Shown here piece by piece: positions 1 to 17,900 of a stretch of DNA of 64,000 bases. The stretch comes from the human T2T-CHM13v2.0 reference genome, Homo sapiens. Where the stretch lies: the NCBI RefSeq assembly GCF_009914755.1, contig NC_060934.1; one strand, written 5' to 3'. The translations under genes and the position numbers were made by a program. A model generated the notes under the pieces. The model made no database searches. It was not told the DNA's origin and saw only the letters and a program-made list of their open reading frames with translations. Each line of letters opens with the position of its first letter. Position 1 is the stretch's first letter.

Positions 1-905
1 TTTCAGCATCACTTAAGCTCCAAATGCTGGCGAGTTTCCAGAGATCTCTTTCTGCTTTTCAGCTGAGCCACAGGGAGGTTTTCCTGTGCTTTATAGCACC
101 ACTGCTTTTTGGGTCTCTGGCAAGTTCCGTATATTCTCCAGTCATGCTCCTGGCTTTCTGAACCTTGAGAGAGTTCTCTCTGCCCTGCTGCATAGACTAA
201 ACCTTACAAATGTAGTTGCCTTACACCCTTTGAAGATTCTGAATGCGTCAGAATATTTTCTCTCAGCCCTTCTGTGCCTCTCTTCCACTCTAACTTTTGG
301 TGGCTGAAATGCCAGAATGCCTCAGATAGGTTTCCATCAGCTTTTCTGCCCCCGACCTCCACCCTCAAACCTATACTATACCCAAGATCTCAGAGCACTT
401 AGCACGGACTTCCTTTAGTTCTGCTGCCTTGCAACCCTCCTTAAGAGAGCTGGCTTAAAATTGGGAAAGGTCTCACATGACCCAGGGGGCATCTCTCTTA
501 GCTCTTTTACCATGCTCTGAGCACTCAATGATGAACTATAGGAAAAAGCATTGGCTGGTTGACCCTATTACCTCACTCTGGCTCAGGCTCCTTGAGATCC
601 TAATCTATTGTGCCAGGTCTAATGCAGCCCTTAAAAGTTTGCCAGAAGTTTGGCTGGTTTCTTCTTACTTAGATCTGTGGAGGTTTCCCCCACTCCACCA
701 CGAATGAGAACAGCTGTGGCTCTCTTCTCTTTAAGAAAAAGGTTCATGATGTTCTGGAATGTAGTTTCTTTAGGTGTCTTTGTGTCATCAGCTTTCTGAT
801 AGGTTTTCAAAACTATGATTTTGTGGCTTCTCCAGCTTGTATTTGTTAAGGTGCAAACAATAAGTCTATTGTGATTTTCTATATCCTTTGGGAAGCAGAA
901 GTCCT
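1..905 (-). mobile_element. Probable old L1 (L1M/HAL1-like) 5'-region fragment
   Basis: Reverse complement of 880-905 (GGACTTCTGCTTCCC...GATATAGAAA) resembles old L1M 5' ends; recognised by eye only. Confidence 0.35.
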
Positions 906-3151
906 GTGTTATTCTTTACATAGCCCTGCCTCTTCTGCTTCTCTGAACAAACCGTTTCTAGGAGGCGCTTCTGCCAGCAACCAGCTTAAACCTGTTCTCA
1001 CGTTTGTTGTTTCAAACAAAGGAAATAGATTTTGTGCTTCTGAATAAGTCCCTCATCTTTACGAAGTGTATTTTGGCTGGTGCTTCTCAAGCTTATCTAT
1101 TGCTGAGCACTCTTTATTTTTCATGCTCTTTGTCACCTTCACCAAGTGGCTTGTGCATGATCTCATTGGCTTTTGGATACCTCTCCACATATTTTGGAGT
1201 CTGTGAATAATATCTATTTTATAGTTTTGCCAGAAATAGAGAATTCAGGGTATATTTGTTCTTGTTTTTCATCCATCTATTCTATTCAAGGGGGTAGGAG
1301 AGACAAAAGTGATGACTTCAAGGGAACCTGTTAACTTATGAAGCTGTGTTCATATTGTGAGTCCCACTTAATATGACAACCAAGTATGCATTTTTATTTC
1401 CTCTAAGCAGATGTGTAGACTGGGTCTAAGAATGGTTAGACACCCTTTCTGCACCCACGCAGGTAATAAATAGCAAAACTGGAATTTGAATTATTGTTTA
1501 ATTCATACTACTAAATCATGTGCTGATAATGAAGTGCGTTATCTTTGAAGTTTTTATGTTTTTTACTGTCTGAATTCTTCAGAGTTCGGGATAAAATATA
1601 CAAGTACTTTCTCCTGTAGGGACAGAGCCAAAGGGTGAATGGGAACGTAAATCCTCAGAAAACACTGATGGCTCAAAGCAGAGAAAATCAAGCTCAGATG
1701 CAAGCAAATAATGTCAAAAGCAAAAAGACCAAAATTGGGAGACAAACGTGAGTCACAAGAGCCAAGAAGAACTGGAATAGAGTAGCCATCTGGTCTTTTT
1801 AGTCAGGAGAGGTTGGGTCATAACTGGGATTGGGTCTAAAGTGACTGTGTTGGACATGAGTATTTGAGGCCACATTAAAATAAAGAGCTCAGAGGCAAAC
1901 ACAGTTTTGTATGCTAGAGGATAAACTTGCTGGCATTCTCAATAATAATTGTTATAATCAGAGTAGTTGTTTTTAATTCCTAGTATGTGCTAAGCACTAT
2001 AATTGCTGTTTTATTAACTTTATCTTAGCTAGACCTGAAGTCCATATGAGTTCTTAATCACCGCTTAAAAGACAAAGCTGGAATTTGAACCCAGGCTCAT
2101 CAGTTGCCCAAATCCGAGGCCTTTCTACTTTATAATATTGTTTCTTCTAAAGGCAAGAAAATACCAGCCAAGAAAACAAATTTAAAGGAGTGGTAGAAAG
2201 TAGCCCCAAAACTCAATTAAAAATTAAGGTGCATTTACAATGTGAAATATAATTAGAGCAAAAATAAGAAAAAGAAAAAAGAATGACCTCTTCCAGTTTA
2301 CATATCAGGCGTTAAGATTGAATGCCCTGTGGTTCATGTGAGACTCTGGAAGAGTTTACTAATGTTCATCTCTGGGTCTAACTGGGGCTACCATGCCCAA
2401 AGATAATTCAGAGAAAATTCTGGGGAGTGCCTGTCAGAGGAGTTGGAAAATTAGATGGATGAAGAAAAGTCCTGGGATCATTTTCCCTGGTTGGAGAGTT
2501 GTAGAGTTGTTAAGAGTCCTCACGTCTGTGAAGAGCTATTATGCCAAATATGGTCAGCAGCTGTTTATTGATCTCTACTGCATGTGCAACTGCAGAACAT
2601 AGGTTTAAGTTTAATTTGGAAAAATCATTCCTGCCAGTAACCAGTGATGGTTGGTAAGCTTCTTTGTGAAAGGTAAGGGACCTCCTTCCTGAGGTCTTTT
2701 TAAGATACATTCAGTGTAAGATGCTGTGAGGGAGCAAGGCACCCTAAAGGACCTCTCAAGGTCCCTTCTAGCCCTAAGGTCCCATTATTATTGCATATTT
2801 ATAGAACGCCAAAATCTTCTGTGTTCTTTGCAAGGACTAGAATTACATTCAATCCCTGTCCAGTGCTATCACAGTCAAAATTAGACAGATCAGCAATATC
2901 TTAGTTGCCAAATCGAGTTAAAGTTTACTGGGCACATGTCTACCTGAAAGTGTGTATTCTCTTCAAGAACATTTGACAATGACCTAAGAGCACGGTAAAA
3001 GATCTTTGGTTAGTGCTGAAGCATTCCAGTGAGATTTGCATTAAGTTCCTCTAGGCATTTTTGTATAAACATCAATCTGGCATTTATTCTTATCTGTTAA
3101 GCAATCTAATTTAGAATTGTTGTCCCAAAAACTTTTTATTTAGAATAAAGT

Positions 3152-3498
<347 letters not shown>

Positions 3499-3936
3499 TC
3501 ATACTTCATTGCCAAATAGTTTTAAATGCTATGGAATACTCTTTTATTTTGAACTGATAACTTTGAACTTCTCTGACCATGGATGATTTGGAATCCATAC
3601 TAATTGGTGAAATAAAAAATAAAAGTATGTTGCTAATTTAAAACTGTAAAATAAAGTCTCATATTTTATTGCTAAAAAAGGAAAACACCATCATATGGGA
3701 TAAAAGTTTAAATTGCCTGAATTTGAAAGGAATCATGGTCTTATGTTTTTGTTTAACATTAGCTATCATTTCTTCAAGGATTTATTTGATATTCACTAAT
3801 CTCAGACATTAGTTACTTGTTGAAAATTAGCTTACCAGGGACCTTTGCCCCCTTTTTTGCTAATCTTTTCATTTTTAGATCATTTTAAGCTTTGTATTTG
3901 AAAATAATCTCAAACTTGCTGAAAAGTACAAAGTAG

Positions 3937-7495
<3,559 letters not shown>

Positions 7496-9529
7496 TGTTT
7501 TTAAAGTAATATAATTTTATAACTTCCTTTGAAGTAAAAATGTTTTACTGTCAGATAGCTCTACTATTTAACAAAATGTAGCGGTAACTTGAAGCATTAT
7601 ATTTCACCTTGCCTTTGTCCTGTTACCTATTTTAACTACCAATAATGAGGTCCTTTTCATGCCTGTATATGGAGTATATCGTTTTTTGCAGTTGTTCTTT
7701 GGTAAAGTCTTGAGTCTTGACATAAGTCCCTGTTGCTGTAACGTGTAATGCTACAGGTTTACCAAGTGACATATTACAGAATTTTGCAAGCACTAAATTC
7801 TTATCTAATTTTAATATAAGAAAACATTTAAAAAATGTAAATATTTACATTTGAAAAATTGAATTAATTAGATTTGTTTAGAAAATTACATGGGTTCAAG
7901 TGAAGTTTTTGACCCTTACTTATTTTCTGTTTCAGCTTGATGCAGAGTCATAGGGCCAAATTTACATATTTGTTTGTTTCTCTTAAAGTAGTTTATGATT
8001 CCACAAGTCCAAGACTGGTTTTCACTGAAGGATTAGCTATAAAAGATCAGAATGAAGATATGGCTTATAGAAAGGGAACAGGATTCAACTCAAATAAACA
8101 TAATGGAGGAAATTAATTTTTTTAGATATTGATGAGTAGACATATTATTTTCAATTGTGAAAATTATATTATTTTTTATTGATTTAATTATCAATTATCA
8201 ATATCTTTAGTGTTTGATGTTAACATCAACTTTGAATAGATCAACTCTGAATATTCTTCCAGATAGCCTGAGATATAGTGTAACTGTGGTGAGGTCAATT
8301 TACTAGTTTTTGCTTGTTCTTTATGGATATTGAAGACATAGAGCCAGAATCAATTTAGGCCTAAGGAGAATTATGGTCTCACTCCTCAAATTGACTGTTT
8401 TGTGGGCAGAGGCACTACCTGCATTCCTGGAGGGACCATAGATCAGAGAACAGATTCAAAATGCAACATAATGTCACCTTCATCTAGCCACTGAATTTTG
8501 ACTTGGAACTTCATTAGGCAGCCTCATTCTCCTCAGATAACAATTAATTCCTTTTTGTTTGTGGCTTTTTTTTGGTATGTTTATTAGTATTAGGCATACT
8601 ATGTGCTTGGTTTATATTAGACTACAGCCAGAAAAACTATACAGAATTAGTTCCAAGAACATTTTTCTTCCTATAGCACCCACATACAAGATGTGCGATC
8701 TATAGTAATTCTTATTCATTTGAAATGCAGCAATTTGTTCCTGTCACTAGAGGATAGGATTGTTGTTTTAAATTGCTGTGTTTTGTTTTTGTTGGCATGT
8801 TCCCCAATACAAATTGAGTGGCTGACAAAAATCTATTTGTATGACAGTTCAATCTAGATAAGTGCCCTCTGTTGCCTAACAGTACAATTTGGGGTCTCAG
8901 AGATAAAAGCAAACTGAATGCCAGGCTTGTAGCGGAGCTTCTTGTGCAGATAACAGAGGTAATCCATATTCCTCAGGTCCACAAATCAGACAAACAAAGA
9001 AGAAATATGCATGCACATCATCTCATTTGAAATGGTGGTCTTTTAGTTTCTACATAATAAAAAATGGCAATATCTAACTCATGAGAACAATAAAACAACA
9101 GATATGAGATATGCCTATATTTGAAATTAAAGAAAAATGTGGTATTGACTTATAAAGTTGGAGAGTGGTCTGTTGCTTACCATTTTCCCATAGTATATTG
9201 GCTTTTGTTGAATATATTTGCTTTCTATTTTAATATTTCTATCCTGAAATAAGTTATATTTTTAGACAATTATTCATTTATAGCTTTGATATTCTGTTAG
9301 AAAAGGTATCTCCTTTTCTGCCCAAAATGAGGAGCTGAGACTTTGGACCTATTGGCTTACCTCTGCCAAAAACATGTCAGTCTTTCCATCCAAATATCTC
9401 CCAAATATAATTCATATATAAAAAGAAGGATGAGAAATATATGTTAATAACAGTTATAAAGAAAGAATGGGGACTAATGCATAAGATAACAAACATACTG
9501 GAAATAGAGCCAAGGGCCCCAGTTGTAGA

Positions 9530-10080
9530 TATTCTGAAAAATAAGGGTTTAATTCATAGGGCCTGCTGATTGATTGGATTTGTGTAATGAAGGAGAGAGT
9601 GGGATAATTTTTAGGTTTTTATCTAAGAATACCATGTGCATGGTTATACTATCCATCATTAGGGAAAACAGGAGGTGGAGCATGCGGTAGGAGAAAGATA
9701 ATATTCTACTTTGTCTGTGTTAAGCCTGAGATGCCTTTATATTATTTAAGGTACTCAATAGGAATTGGATTTGTAGTGGAATATGCAGAAAACATCTTTG
9801 CCAGCTCCTAGGTGATAGTTTGAACAATAGGTATGAATGAGATCACTCAGATGAGTGAGAAGTGGGCTAAGGACGGAGACCTAGGGGAACACCAGCATTC
9901 ATGGGCAGATCGTGAGAGAAGTTACAATGAAGGAGACTAAGAAGGAGAGACTGAGAAAGAGAAGCACAATTCCTCCAAGGATAGGAGGAATTCAAAGGGA
10001 GTGTGGTGCTGAATCTGTTAAGGAGAAAGTGGGCAACAGTGTCAGGTACTATCAAGAGGTCAGACCTGAAAAAGGACTCA
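9530..10080 (+). mobile_element. L2 fragment (continues at ~10880-11220 and ~11480-11600 around younger insertions)
   Basis: Purine-rich text with typical L2 3' motifs (gattggat...gagagagt; gagatgcct; gatcactcag; ggggaacaccagcatt). Confidence 0.55.
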
Positions 10081-10084
10081 AAAG

Positions 10085-10870
10085 TGGCCATTGCAGCTAA
10101 AATTGGCACAATCTGAGCAACAAAAGAAATGAAGTAGTATTGGACGATAACCCAGAATATAATAAATAGCCATGATGCCAGACTGATATAAATAGATGAT
10201 TGAGTAATGATTGAATAGACAAATCTCCTATGCAATAGAATGCCAAATAATTTATGTAGATACTCCGCCCTCAAGGGGGTGGAGCCTAATTCCCAACTCC
10301 TTACCTGTGAGCTAATGCATAGTGAGTACAACATGAAAAGAGGAAAAGGGTAACGTTACAGTGAATAAACTTGATAAACACTACCTCAGCCAAGTAATCA
10401 AGGTCAGCATCAACAGTGATGAGTCATGCTGATCGTATGTAGCTTCGATATGATCTGATCAAAGTGGCACTTTACTTCTGTGATCTCCCTCCGGAAAATA
10501 TATGACTCCAATCTAGTCATGAGAAAAATATCAGGCAAATCCTAATTGAGGCACATTTTACAAAATACCTGAGCACCACTCCTCAGAACTGTCAAGGTCA
10601 TCAAAAACAAATAAGTCTGAGAAACTACTACAGCCTAAGAAGTCATGACTACTAAATATAATGTGGAGTCTTGGATGGGATCCTGGAATACAAAATGAAC
10701 GTTAGGTAAAAGCTAAGGAAATCTGAAAAAAAGGATGACTTTAATTAATAATAATGAATAATTTATTAATTGTGACAAACTGGGTGTGGGTTATATGGGA
10801 ACTCTCTGCACTGTTGTTGTAAACTTTTTATAAATCTTAAACAATCATAAAATAAAAATTTCATTTATAA
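10085..10870 (+). mobile_element. L1MC-type 3' UTR fragment
   Basis: Characteristic motifs: aaacactacctcagccaagtaatcaaggtcagcatcaacagtgat; gatgggatcctggaa; tatatgggaactctctgcact; ends in an A-rich tail. Confidence 0.75.
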
Positions 10871-11018
10871 AACATGGCCAATAATTTTGACAACTAGGAA
10901 GTCATTGGTGATCTTTGGAAGACCTGCAGAGTGGTAGGAAGAAATCCAGTTTATAATAAGCTGAGAAATGACTGAGACATGAATAAATGGAGTTATTGCA
11001 TGTAAAATAGTCTATTAA

Positions 11019-11147
11019 CCCATTTATGCTGGAGGTTGCAAACTTTTTTCGTGAACAATCAGACCTTTGTGATGACCTTGAGCGGTAGGATATAAATAAC
11101 TCCCACAAGCTTAGCGTTCCAATAATGGAACACTGGACATAAATGGG
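11019..11147 (-). mobile_element. MER85, non-autonomous piggyBac (PGBD3-derived) MITE
   Basis: TTAA target duplications at 11015-11018 and 11148-11151; 10-bp perfect terminal inverted repeat CCCATTTATG...CATAAATGGG; internal GTTCCAATAATGGAAC palindrome at 11116-11131; about 130 bp long. Confidence 0.92.
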
Positions 11148-11226
11148 TTAAGAAGCTTGGCTAGGAAGGGAAGCATAAAGAGAGGATGGCATTTGCTGGG
11201 GGAGAGTAATGTAGAATGAAATAACT

Positions 11227-11340
11227 GCCAGGTGCTGTGGCTTATACCTGTAACCCCAGCACTTTGGGAGGCAGAGATAGGAGGATTGCTTAAGCCCAAG
11301 GAGTTCAAGGCCAGCCTGGGCAGCATGGTGAGACCTCATA

Positions 11341-11342
<2 letters not shown>
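11227..11342 (+). mobile_element. Alu left monomer (FLAM-like)
   Basis: gccaggtgctgtggcttatacctgtaaccccagcactttgggagg...ccagcctgggcagcatggtgagacc; the tail has been replaced by a microsatellite. Confidence 0.85.
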
Positions 11343-11415
<73 letters not shown>

Positions 11416-11442
11416 ATGTGTATATATATGTGTATATACGTG

Positions 11443-11474
<32 letters not shown>

Positions 11475-11475
11475 T
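11341..11475. repeat. Compound microsatellite (TC)n(TA)n(TG)n...(TA)n(CA)n
   Basis: Directly visible dinucleotide blocks. Confidence 0.97.
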
Positions 11476-12429
11476 AACTTTTTAAAATGTGTAAAGCTGG
11501 GATACACTTAAAAGTGTTGATATACCTACCATAAAGGAAAGAACCAGTAGAGGGTGAAACATTGAAGATACTCAAGAAAACATTTAATTGATGAAGCGAA
11601 ACATCTGAGTAGGCAAGATTTTATTTTATTCAACTGAAAATGGAGAATCTTTCAGGAAGAATATGTTATTTATGAATGAGGTATGAAGTTTCATATTCAT
11701 TATATTTTGTTTTGGGTCACCCTAGTATAGAAGTAACCGTCAAAATGTTTTCATAGAAAATTTGGACTAAATTAATTTTCTTATATTGCCTAAACATCAT
11801 AGTTTTATTGGCTATATCCATAAAACATTAAAAGACATTGTATATCTCTGAATTATGAACCCTATAACCTCACTATAACACAGCATAGTCTATAATAAAG
11901 AAACTGTCGCAACATGGGTCCAAAAGTAAGTACCAGGAAAATAGGTTATAAAAATTGTTTGCCTATGAGATGGCTGATTCCAATCTAGAATTTTGAAGTA
12001 ACCAGGAGTTACCAGATTTTCTGAGTAAGCAAGCAGTTCTGAACACATCTTAATAGCTGGTGCGGCTCCTCTCTGAGCCATAGGTAGGCTATTGTTGCTT
12101 TATGGTACAGCCTTTGAAGATTAATCTTGAAACTTGTCTAAATAACACCCATAGGTGTGGTTATGACTCACCCTCTGAGATCAGATGCTTTATTCTATCA
12201 AATAAAACAGTTTACCTTAAGCATTTATCACCCTCGATCTTGATTGGTGTCCAATATTCTAGCTATTGATAGCAAAGAATAAAGGTTTGTTTGTTTGTTT
12301 TTAGAGAAGGGTGACCAGAAACAAAACCTTTAGACTAATTAGCTGATGATAAGTTGATAGAACTAGGTGAATCGTTCATCCAACCATGGCTTTGGAGAAT
12401 GAAGGTAGGGGGACTCCAGCCTGTTGTGG

Positions 12430-12600
12430 CGGTGTAATAAAGTGAAAAGAACACTGGCATTGAGGAATGGGGTTCTGTCCTTGTTCTGCCTCATCTTTCC
12501 TAGCTCCGTGGCCTTGGATAGATCATTCATCTGGCTTAGAACCCCTTGTTTTTAAATTTGCAGCCTGATCTAGATGAAACCTCATGCGATAACTTAGGGT
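12430..12600 (+). mobile_element. MIR fragment
   Basis: gtgaaaagaacactggc...gggttct...ctagctccgtggccttggatagatcatt core-like text. Confidence 0.55.
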
Positions 12601-13408
12601 CAGTTACGGAGAATCCTCAGGATAACTTGTTCTTGGATGTTTAGATCACTTGAAACTGTGACTATGGACAGATTTTCAATGAATGACCCCTTTTCCTTCC
12701 CAATGCTAGGCAGATGATATAGAGAAACTAGCATTATAGGAATTAATTGTATACACTTATATACTTTGTTGCAGTAGTTTATTTTAAAATACAAATGAAG
12801 CATCTATTGCAAAACATTTATTTATCAGAGTAACATTTTCCAGTGGGGTGTATAGTGTATTTATAAATCATTAACAAAGAAAATAATAAACATTTTGATA
12901 TTTTGATTATTTCAAGTAGAGTCTATGGAGTTATTTTATTTTACGTATCAAAAGACTTTAAAGGATGAGATTTCCTCCACTGCATACTTACACTATTCCA
13001 GATGCTGACAACAACATCTGGGCATTCTATCATGAGCTGATTTTCTGAATGAAGTAATTTAATTGTTGATTGACAAGCTAACATGATTTAAGACACAGCC
13101 ACACCGTATTCAATAGCAGTGTCAAAAGTCATAAACTGCAAGCATATGCAAGCAAGTGGGGCCATGATACTAACTTATGTTGCCTTTTGAAACATTCATG
13201 CTAAATTTAAATTACAGGCTGAAGTTTAGAAATGCTGGAAGAGGAAATGAAGAACTGCAGTTACATAATTTCTGGGATCTCTGTTTTGCAAATCATTAAA
13301 TGATACAGCAGCAATATGGGCAGAGTTCCTAATATAAATAAAAGTCTGTTGTAGCATTGTAAACATAGTTATTATTCCATATGGATTGCAAATGGGTTTT
13401 TTAGTCTC

Positions 13409-13462
<54 letters not shown>
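13409..13462. repeat. (TG)n(TA)n microsatellite
   Basis: Directly visible. Confidence 0.97.
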
Positions 13463-14269
13463 AAACCTCATGATATGCATATAAATATTCACATATGATA
13501 TTATAGCTAAATTTTAAAAAGTAATTTAGGGGAAATGTGGTATAATTTATCTTATTGTTTATAGCCAAAACATAAATATCCATTCTGAACATGGAAAATG
13601 TGTTTGAAAGTATAAGCAAAAATAATAAATGAGAGTGATTACAATAAAAAGACAAAATTTTTTAAAACTAATTTTTAATTTTTTTTCTGGTGTTGCATAC
13701 TAAAGAACAATGGATTATTTTGGCAGTCTCATGGTAACCTACTTTCCAGCTCTGTTGGTAGCCTTGCAGCAGGGTATGTTAGTATTTTTTCTCTGGTGGC
13801 TTGCATATGGTCCATTGCCCATGAGTTTATGATAGACACAAAGTGTGCTTTCCCTTTATTAATGCTACAGTATTGGTGACATGTGGCATGTGCACCTTCC
13901 AGCGAATGAGCTTGACCTTTAACTCTAAACAGTCCCTTGAGCAAGAGCAAGCCATACTTAGAGGAATGACTACATAGAAGAAACAGATTGGAACTTACTT
14001 TCTCTGATAGCATTAAAGAAATGCAGTAAAATTTTTTACTATTGGAAGCCATCCAAAAATTACACCACCATAAAATAAGGAATTGGGCAAAACAGTATGG
14101 TGGAATTACAGGATCTAAATAATACAGATTTTTAAAGCCATTTTTGGTATGTATTAGCAAATGATTTTTTAAGAAGGATGCATAATTTATACTTTCAGCC
14201 ATGTATGCCTACTAGTTTTATTGCATCCTTTCCAGTATTATCAACTACAATTTAGTTGAACATGCTCTG

Positions 14270-14420
14270 GAGGTCATCATATACAAGGTGTTAGGGTAGG
14301 TTTGCATTTGTTTATAACATTTAAATCTTCACAACAGCCCTAGGAAATAAATACTATACCATTATTTTAGAGATGAAGAAACTGATGCTCAGAAAACTTA
14401 ATTTGACCAAGATCACATAC
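14270..14420 (-). mobile_element. MIR fragment
   Basis: atttaaatcttcacaacagccctagg...attttagagatgaagaaactgatgctcaga...ccaagatcaca. Confidence 0.7.
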
Positions 14421-14942
14421 TGAAATGCTCTCTCTGTTCTTTTCATTTAGTACCCTGTGCTTTTCCATCCATCCTAACAATGTTCCAGGGATCAAACATA
14501 TATCTAACAGTTTTCTTTACCTTTACCTAAGCCATGTAGTATGATACATGTTTTAACCTTAAATTGCTTTTTGCTAGAAATTAATACAACATGGAGAACA
14601 CTGTGATAAACAAAAATTCATAAGTTCCATTTATTTTTTTTCTGGACTGTGTAAGCTTTCTGTCCTGGATTGATGAGCCTTTTTGAGTCCTGGTGCAGGG
14701 GTGGTGTGTGGCTGAAAAGCTGAAATTGTCCATGAGAAATAGAAGTGAGGCTAAAAATGGAACACTTGGTGCCAAAGATAGATGCATTTTAGAAAATGCC
14801 ATCTGGGCATTACAGAAGTATGATATTATTTAATTAGAACCAGATAAAATTAGTTAAGAAATGAGTGCCAGCAATTATATGACTAACTAATCAATATAAT
14901 TTCATGGTTTTCTGTAGATATCCCAAAGTGTTAATTATAACA

Positions 14943-14980
14943 GGAGCAGTTAAATTCTTTGGAGCAGTTAAATTCTTTGG
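14943..14980. repeat. Perfect 18-bp tandem duplication (GGAGCAGTTAAATTCTTT x2)
   Basis: Units 14943-14960 and 14961-14978 are identical and followed by GG. Confidence 0.95.
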
Positions 14981-17900
14981 CTATGAAAGCATGCAATTTT
15001 TAATAGATGTATCACCTGGTAACCTTGGGCATTATTAAATATATGGAGACTGAAAGACATGTAGAAGCAATGGAAAAGTCTGGCCAGACTGGGTAATTTG
15101 TTTTAGACCTATGGAGAAATCTATTAACCAATTCTTCTATAGACCCATTTGATTAGGAAGTAGGACAAGCTGTTCTTTCATTACTTACCAAAACCATACT
15201 GCACTCTGTATCAATTATTTGGCTGTCTGCAGCACATAGATTAGAATAAAGGGCTTGCTTAGTGTTTGTGAATGTTGCGGATTGCTGATTAGTAATTAAA
15301 GTGCTGAATGAAGAAAATTAGGCCAAAATCGAATGGGAATGAGAACGTCTTAATTCTGTGATACAGATGTTAGAAACAGATTGTCTTCAGCAGCCCCATT
15401 CAATGTACTGACATTCTACGTAGCCATCGAATATTTGCATCCCATGTAAAACTCAAGTCGAATGCCTTTTGAGATGGTTTCCTCTCCTATGCCTTGTGAT
15501 GTAGCTGTGTGGGTATTAATTTAGTGAAATATCCTGTCTGCCAGGTGTGGGAACTAGCTGATTTTATTGTAATACCAGATCATTACTTAATTCATATGCA
15601 ACAGAATACAGCACATGGAAAGCATTATAAATCTATTTACAATGTGGCTGGTCTGATGATAACATTGTATTAAATTCCCAGGTGAGGCAATTTAAGCAAT
15701 TGCTTTGCCATGTGCACGCCATGGAAATTAAATTCTCATATACGCTTTAGTAATAAACCAACTTCATTGTTATGCTTTTGCTAGTTCTGGGCTGTAGAAT
15801 CCTCATTCTGGTTACGTATACTCTATTTCACATGTAGAATCATACAGGAGGCGGTACCACAGATCACAGTTTTTAATTAGTTTAAGCTAAGTTAATTCGT
15901 TTTGTTTCTAATTTAGCAGTGCCTGTCCAGGAACACATTCAGTTCAGTTGGGAAATGTCAAGGCTTGGGTCAAGTAGAAAGATTGTTTCAAGCCAAATTT
16001 CCAGACAGAACTAAGCAAGTGTATCTGTTTGAACTTGGCTTTAAGAAAATCAGCCAATCAGTATGCAAAGGACCTGTTCATATACCAAGTAAAAATCGAA
16101 AATCGCCTTGAATCCGAAATTCTCGCATTCATAACTCACTTGTGTCATCAGTTTAAAATAGCCATTGAAACTTGTGCATCTAACTTCTTAGAGGTAACAA
16201 TCAGTTGTTTATTTGTCATATTTTTTTCTATAGTTCATATACGATCTGTAGATTTTCTTTCTAACCATGTAGTCTACCAAAGTATGTAAGTTAGAAGAAG
16301 TAAACTTTACACAAACACACAATTAAAAGTGAGGAGTACTCTTGTATTTAACTCTGTGTATGTTGTGTGTGTGTGGGTGGCGGGGGGAGGCAAGTATTGT
16401 CAGCTGAAGCTTTTCTACTCTTATGGTACAGACCAGAAATTGCAGTAGATTACAAACTGCATAGAGCTTCTGTCTTCTCCAGAAGCCACATATAAAGCAC
16501 CAGTAGACAGTGGTAACTGACAACTAAGACTAAAAATGTTGACAATTTCTTGATTTGCCTGGTTAGCTTATGTATAGAAGTCATTAACTATTTATAAAAT
16601 GCATTATGAATTGGGTTCCTTCAAACTGTAGCTGAATGTGTGACATTTCCAGCTCAAATTCTCATGTTTGCATTTGGCTAAAGTACGAATTTTATACCGT
16701 TGATAATAAAGAAAAAATATTTTAGTGAAGTTTATCAAGATACAGTAAATGCTTCAGTTTTATTAACTTTGAATCTTCCAAATTAAATTATTGTGTAGGT
16801 ACTTATTAATGTAGCATGGGTTTTTTTTTAATTCCATAAAAGGTAACATAACTTATTGATGTTTTAGAGGAAAATTATCCATAAAATAAGCAGTTTGTCA
16901 TTCAAAGGATTTTCCCCCTTTTTTGGTATTCAGTTAGTTTAATGATGATCTTGCAGGCTAAGTTATGGTTGGGTACAATCAGCTTACTGAAAATTTTAAG
17001 TCGTGAAAAATTATGAGAAAATACCAATGTTGGGCATCTAAATATAATTAGTTTTTTTTAATAGTCTTGATTTGTTTTGTTTGGAAAATGAAACTCACAT
17101 ATAAAGAGTTCAGTTTTCAGCATTGTTGTGTCGTGCTCATGAGGAACTGTTTCTGATATTTGAAATGAGTCGTCTTTTCATTCTTTAGGAAAAGTCAGTC
17201 CTGTCAGAGAACACTTGGTTACACTCAGCATATCATTTACTTAATTATATCCAGAAAGCCATCCAAACAACCAGTTTTTACCATCCCAATGGTGAAGAAT
17301 GACATTTATAGGGACCACCCTTCAACTGTGGATAAAGCCTTAGTTCTCCTCTGTTGCTGAGCATGTACACTCTTAATTGCTGGTTTTTAAAAGCGGTGGA
17401 TTCTAACCAAAACAAGATTCGATATTTAGGGATACACATTTATAATTTTCTCCTTTTGAAGTATAGTAAATCAAAATAAGAGTATAATGTAATTGAACAA
17501 TCTATGCCAATTTGTTGGTATTTTGGTGAAAAAAGGGAAAAACAAAAGCAATCTCCATATGATCCTCTTGCATACTGTGGAATGTTTTAGTCCCCCATAG
17601 TGATGAGATGAATAATTAAAAAGGCAGCTCTGATACCACAGCCTGTTTAAAGGTTCTCATTTCCTTTAATGCAGTAAAATACTTTTGCTTAGCTAGTTTG
17701 AAACTACTGTAGTAGGAACTCCAAATGAGCAAAGGCAAGCTTTGGCTTGATCTAAATATTGTATTAAGGCCATGAAGTGGACTGCCCTGATAATTTAGCA
17801 TTTTTAAGTGCAATTCTGTATGAAGTCAATAGAAATAGCTAATTAATAATGGCTTCAGTAAATACAATAAGAGAACCAGGCTTAATATATGCTGTGTGCG

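Noticed and set aside
13729-14202. 157-aa minus-strand ORF (also 9867..10334, 62251..62652, 62717..63175)
   Set aside because: No recognisable domain or splice context; composition typical of AT-rich intron or L2/L1/MER5 relics; such lengths arise by chance in 64 kb.
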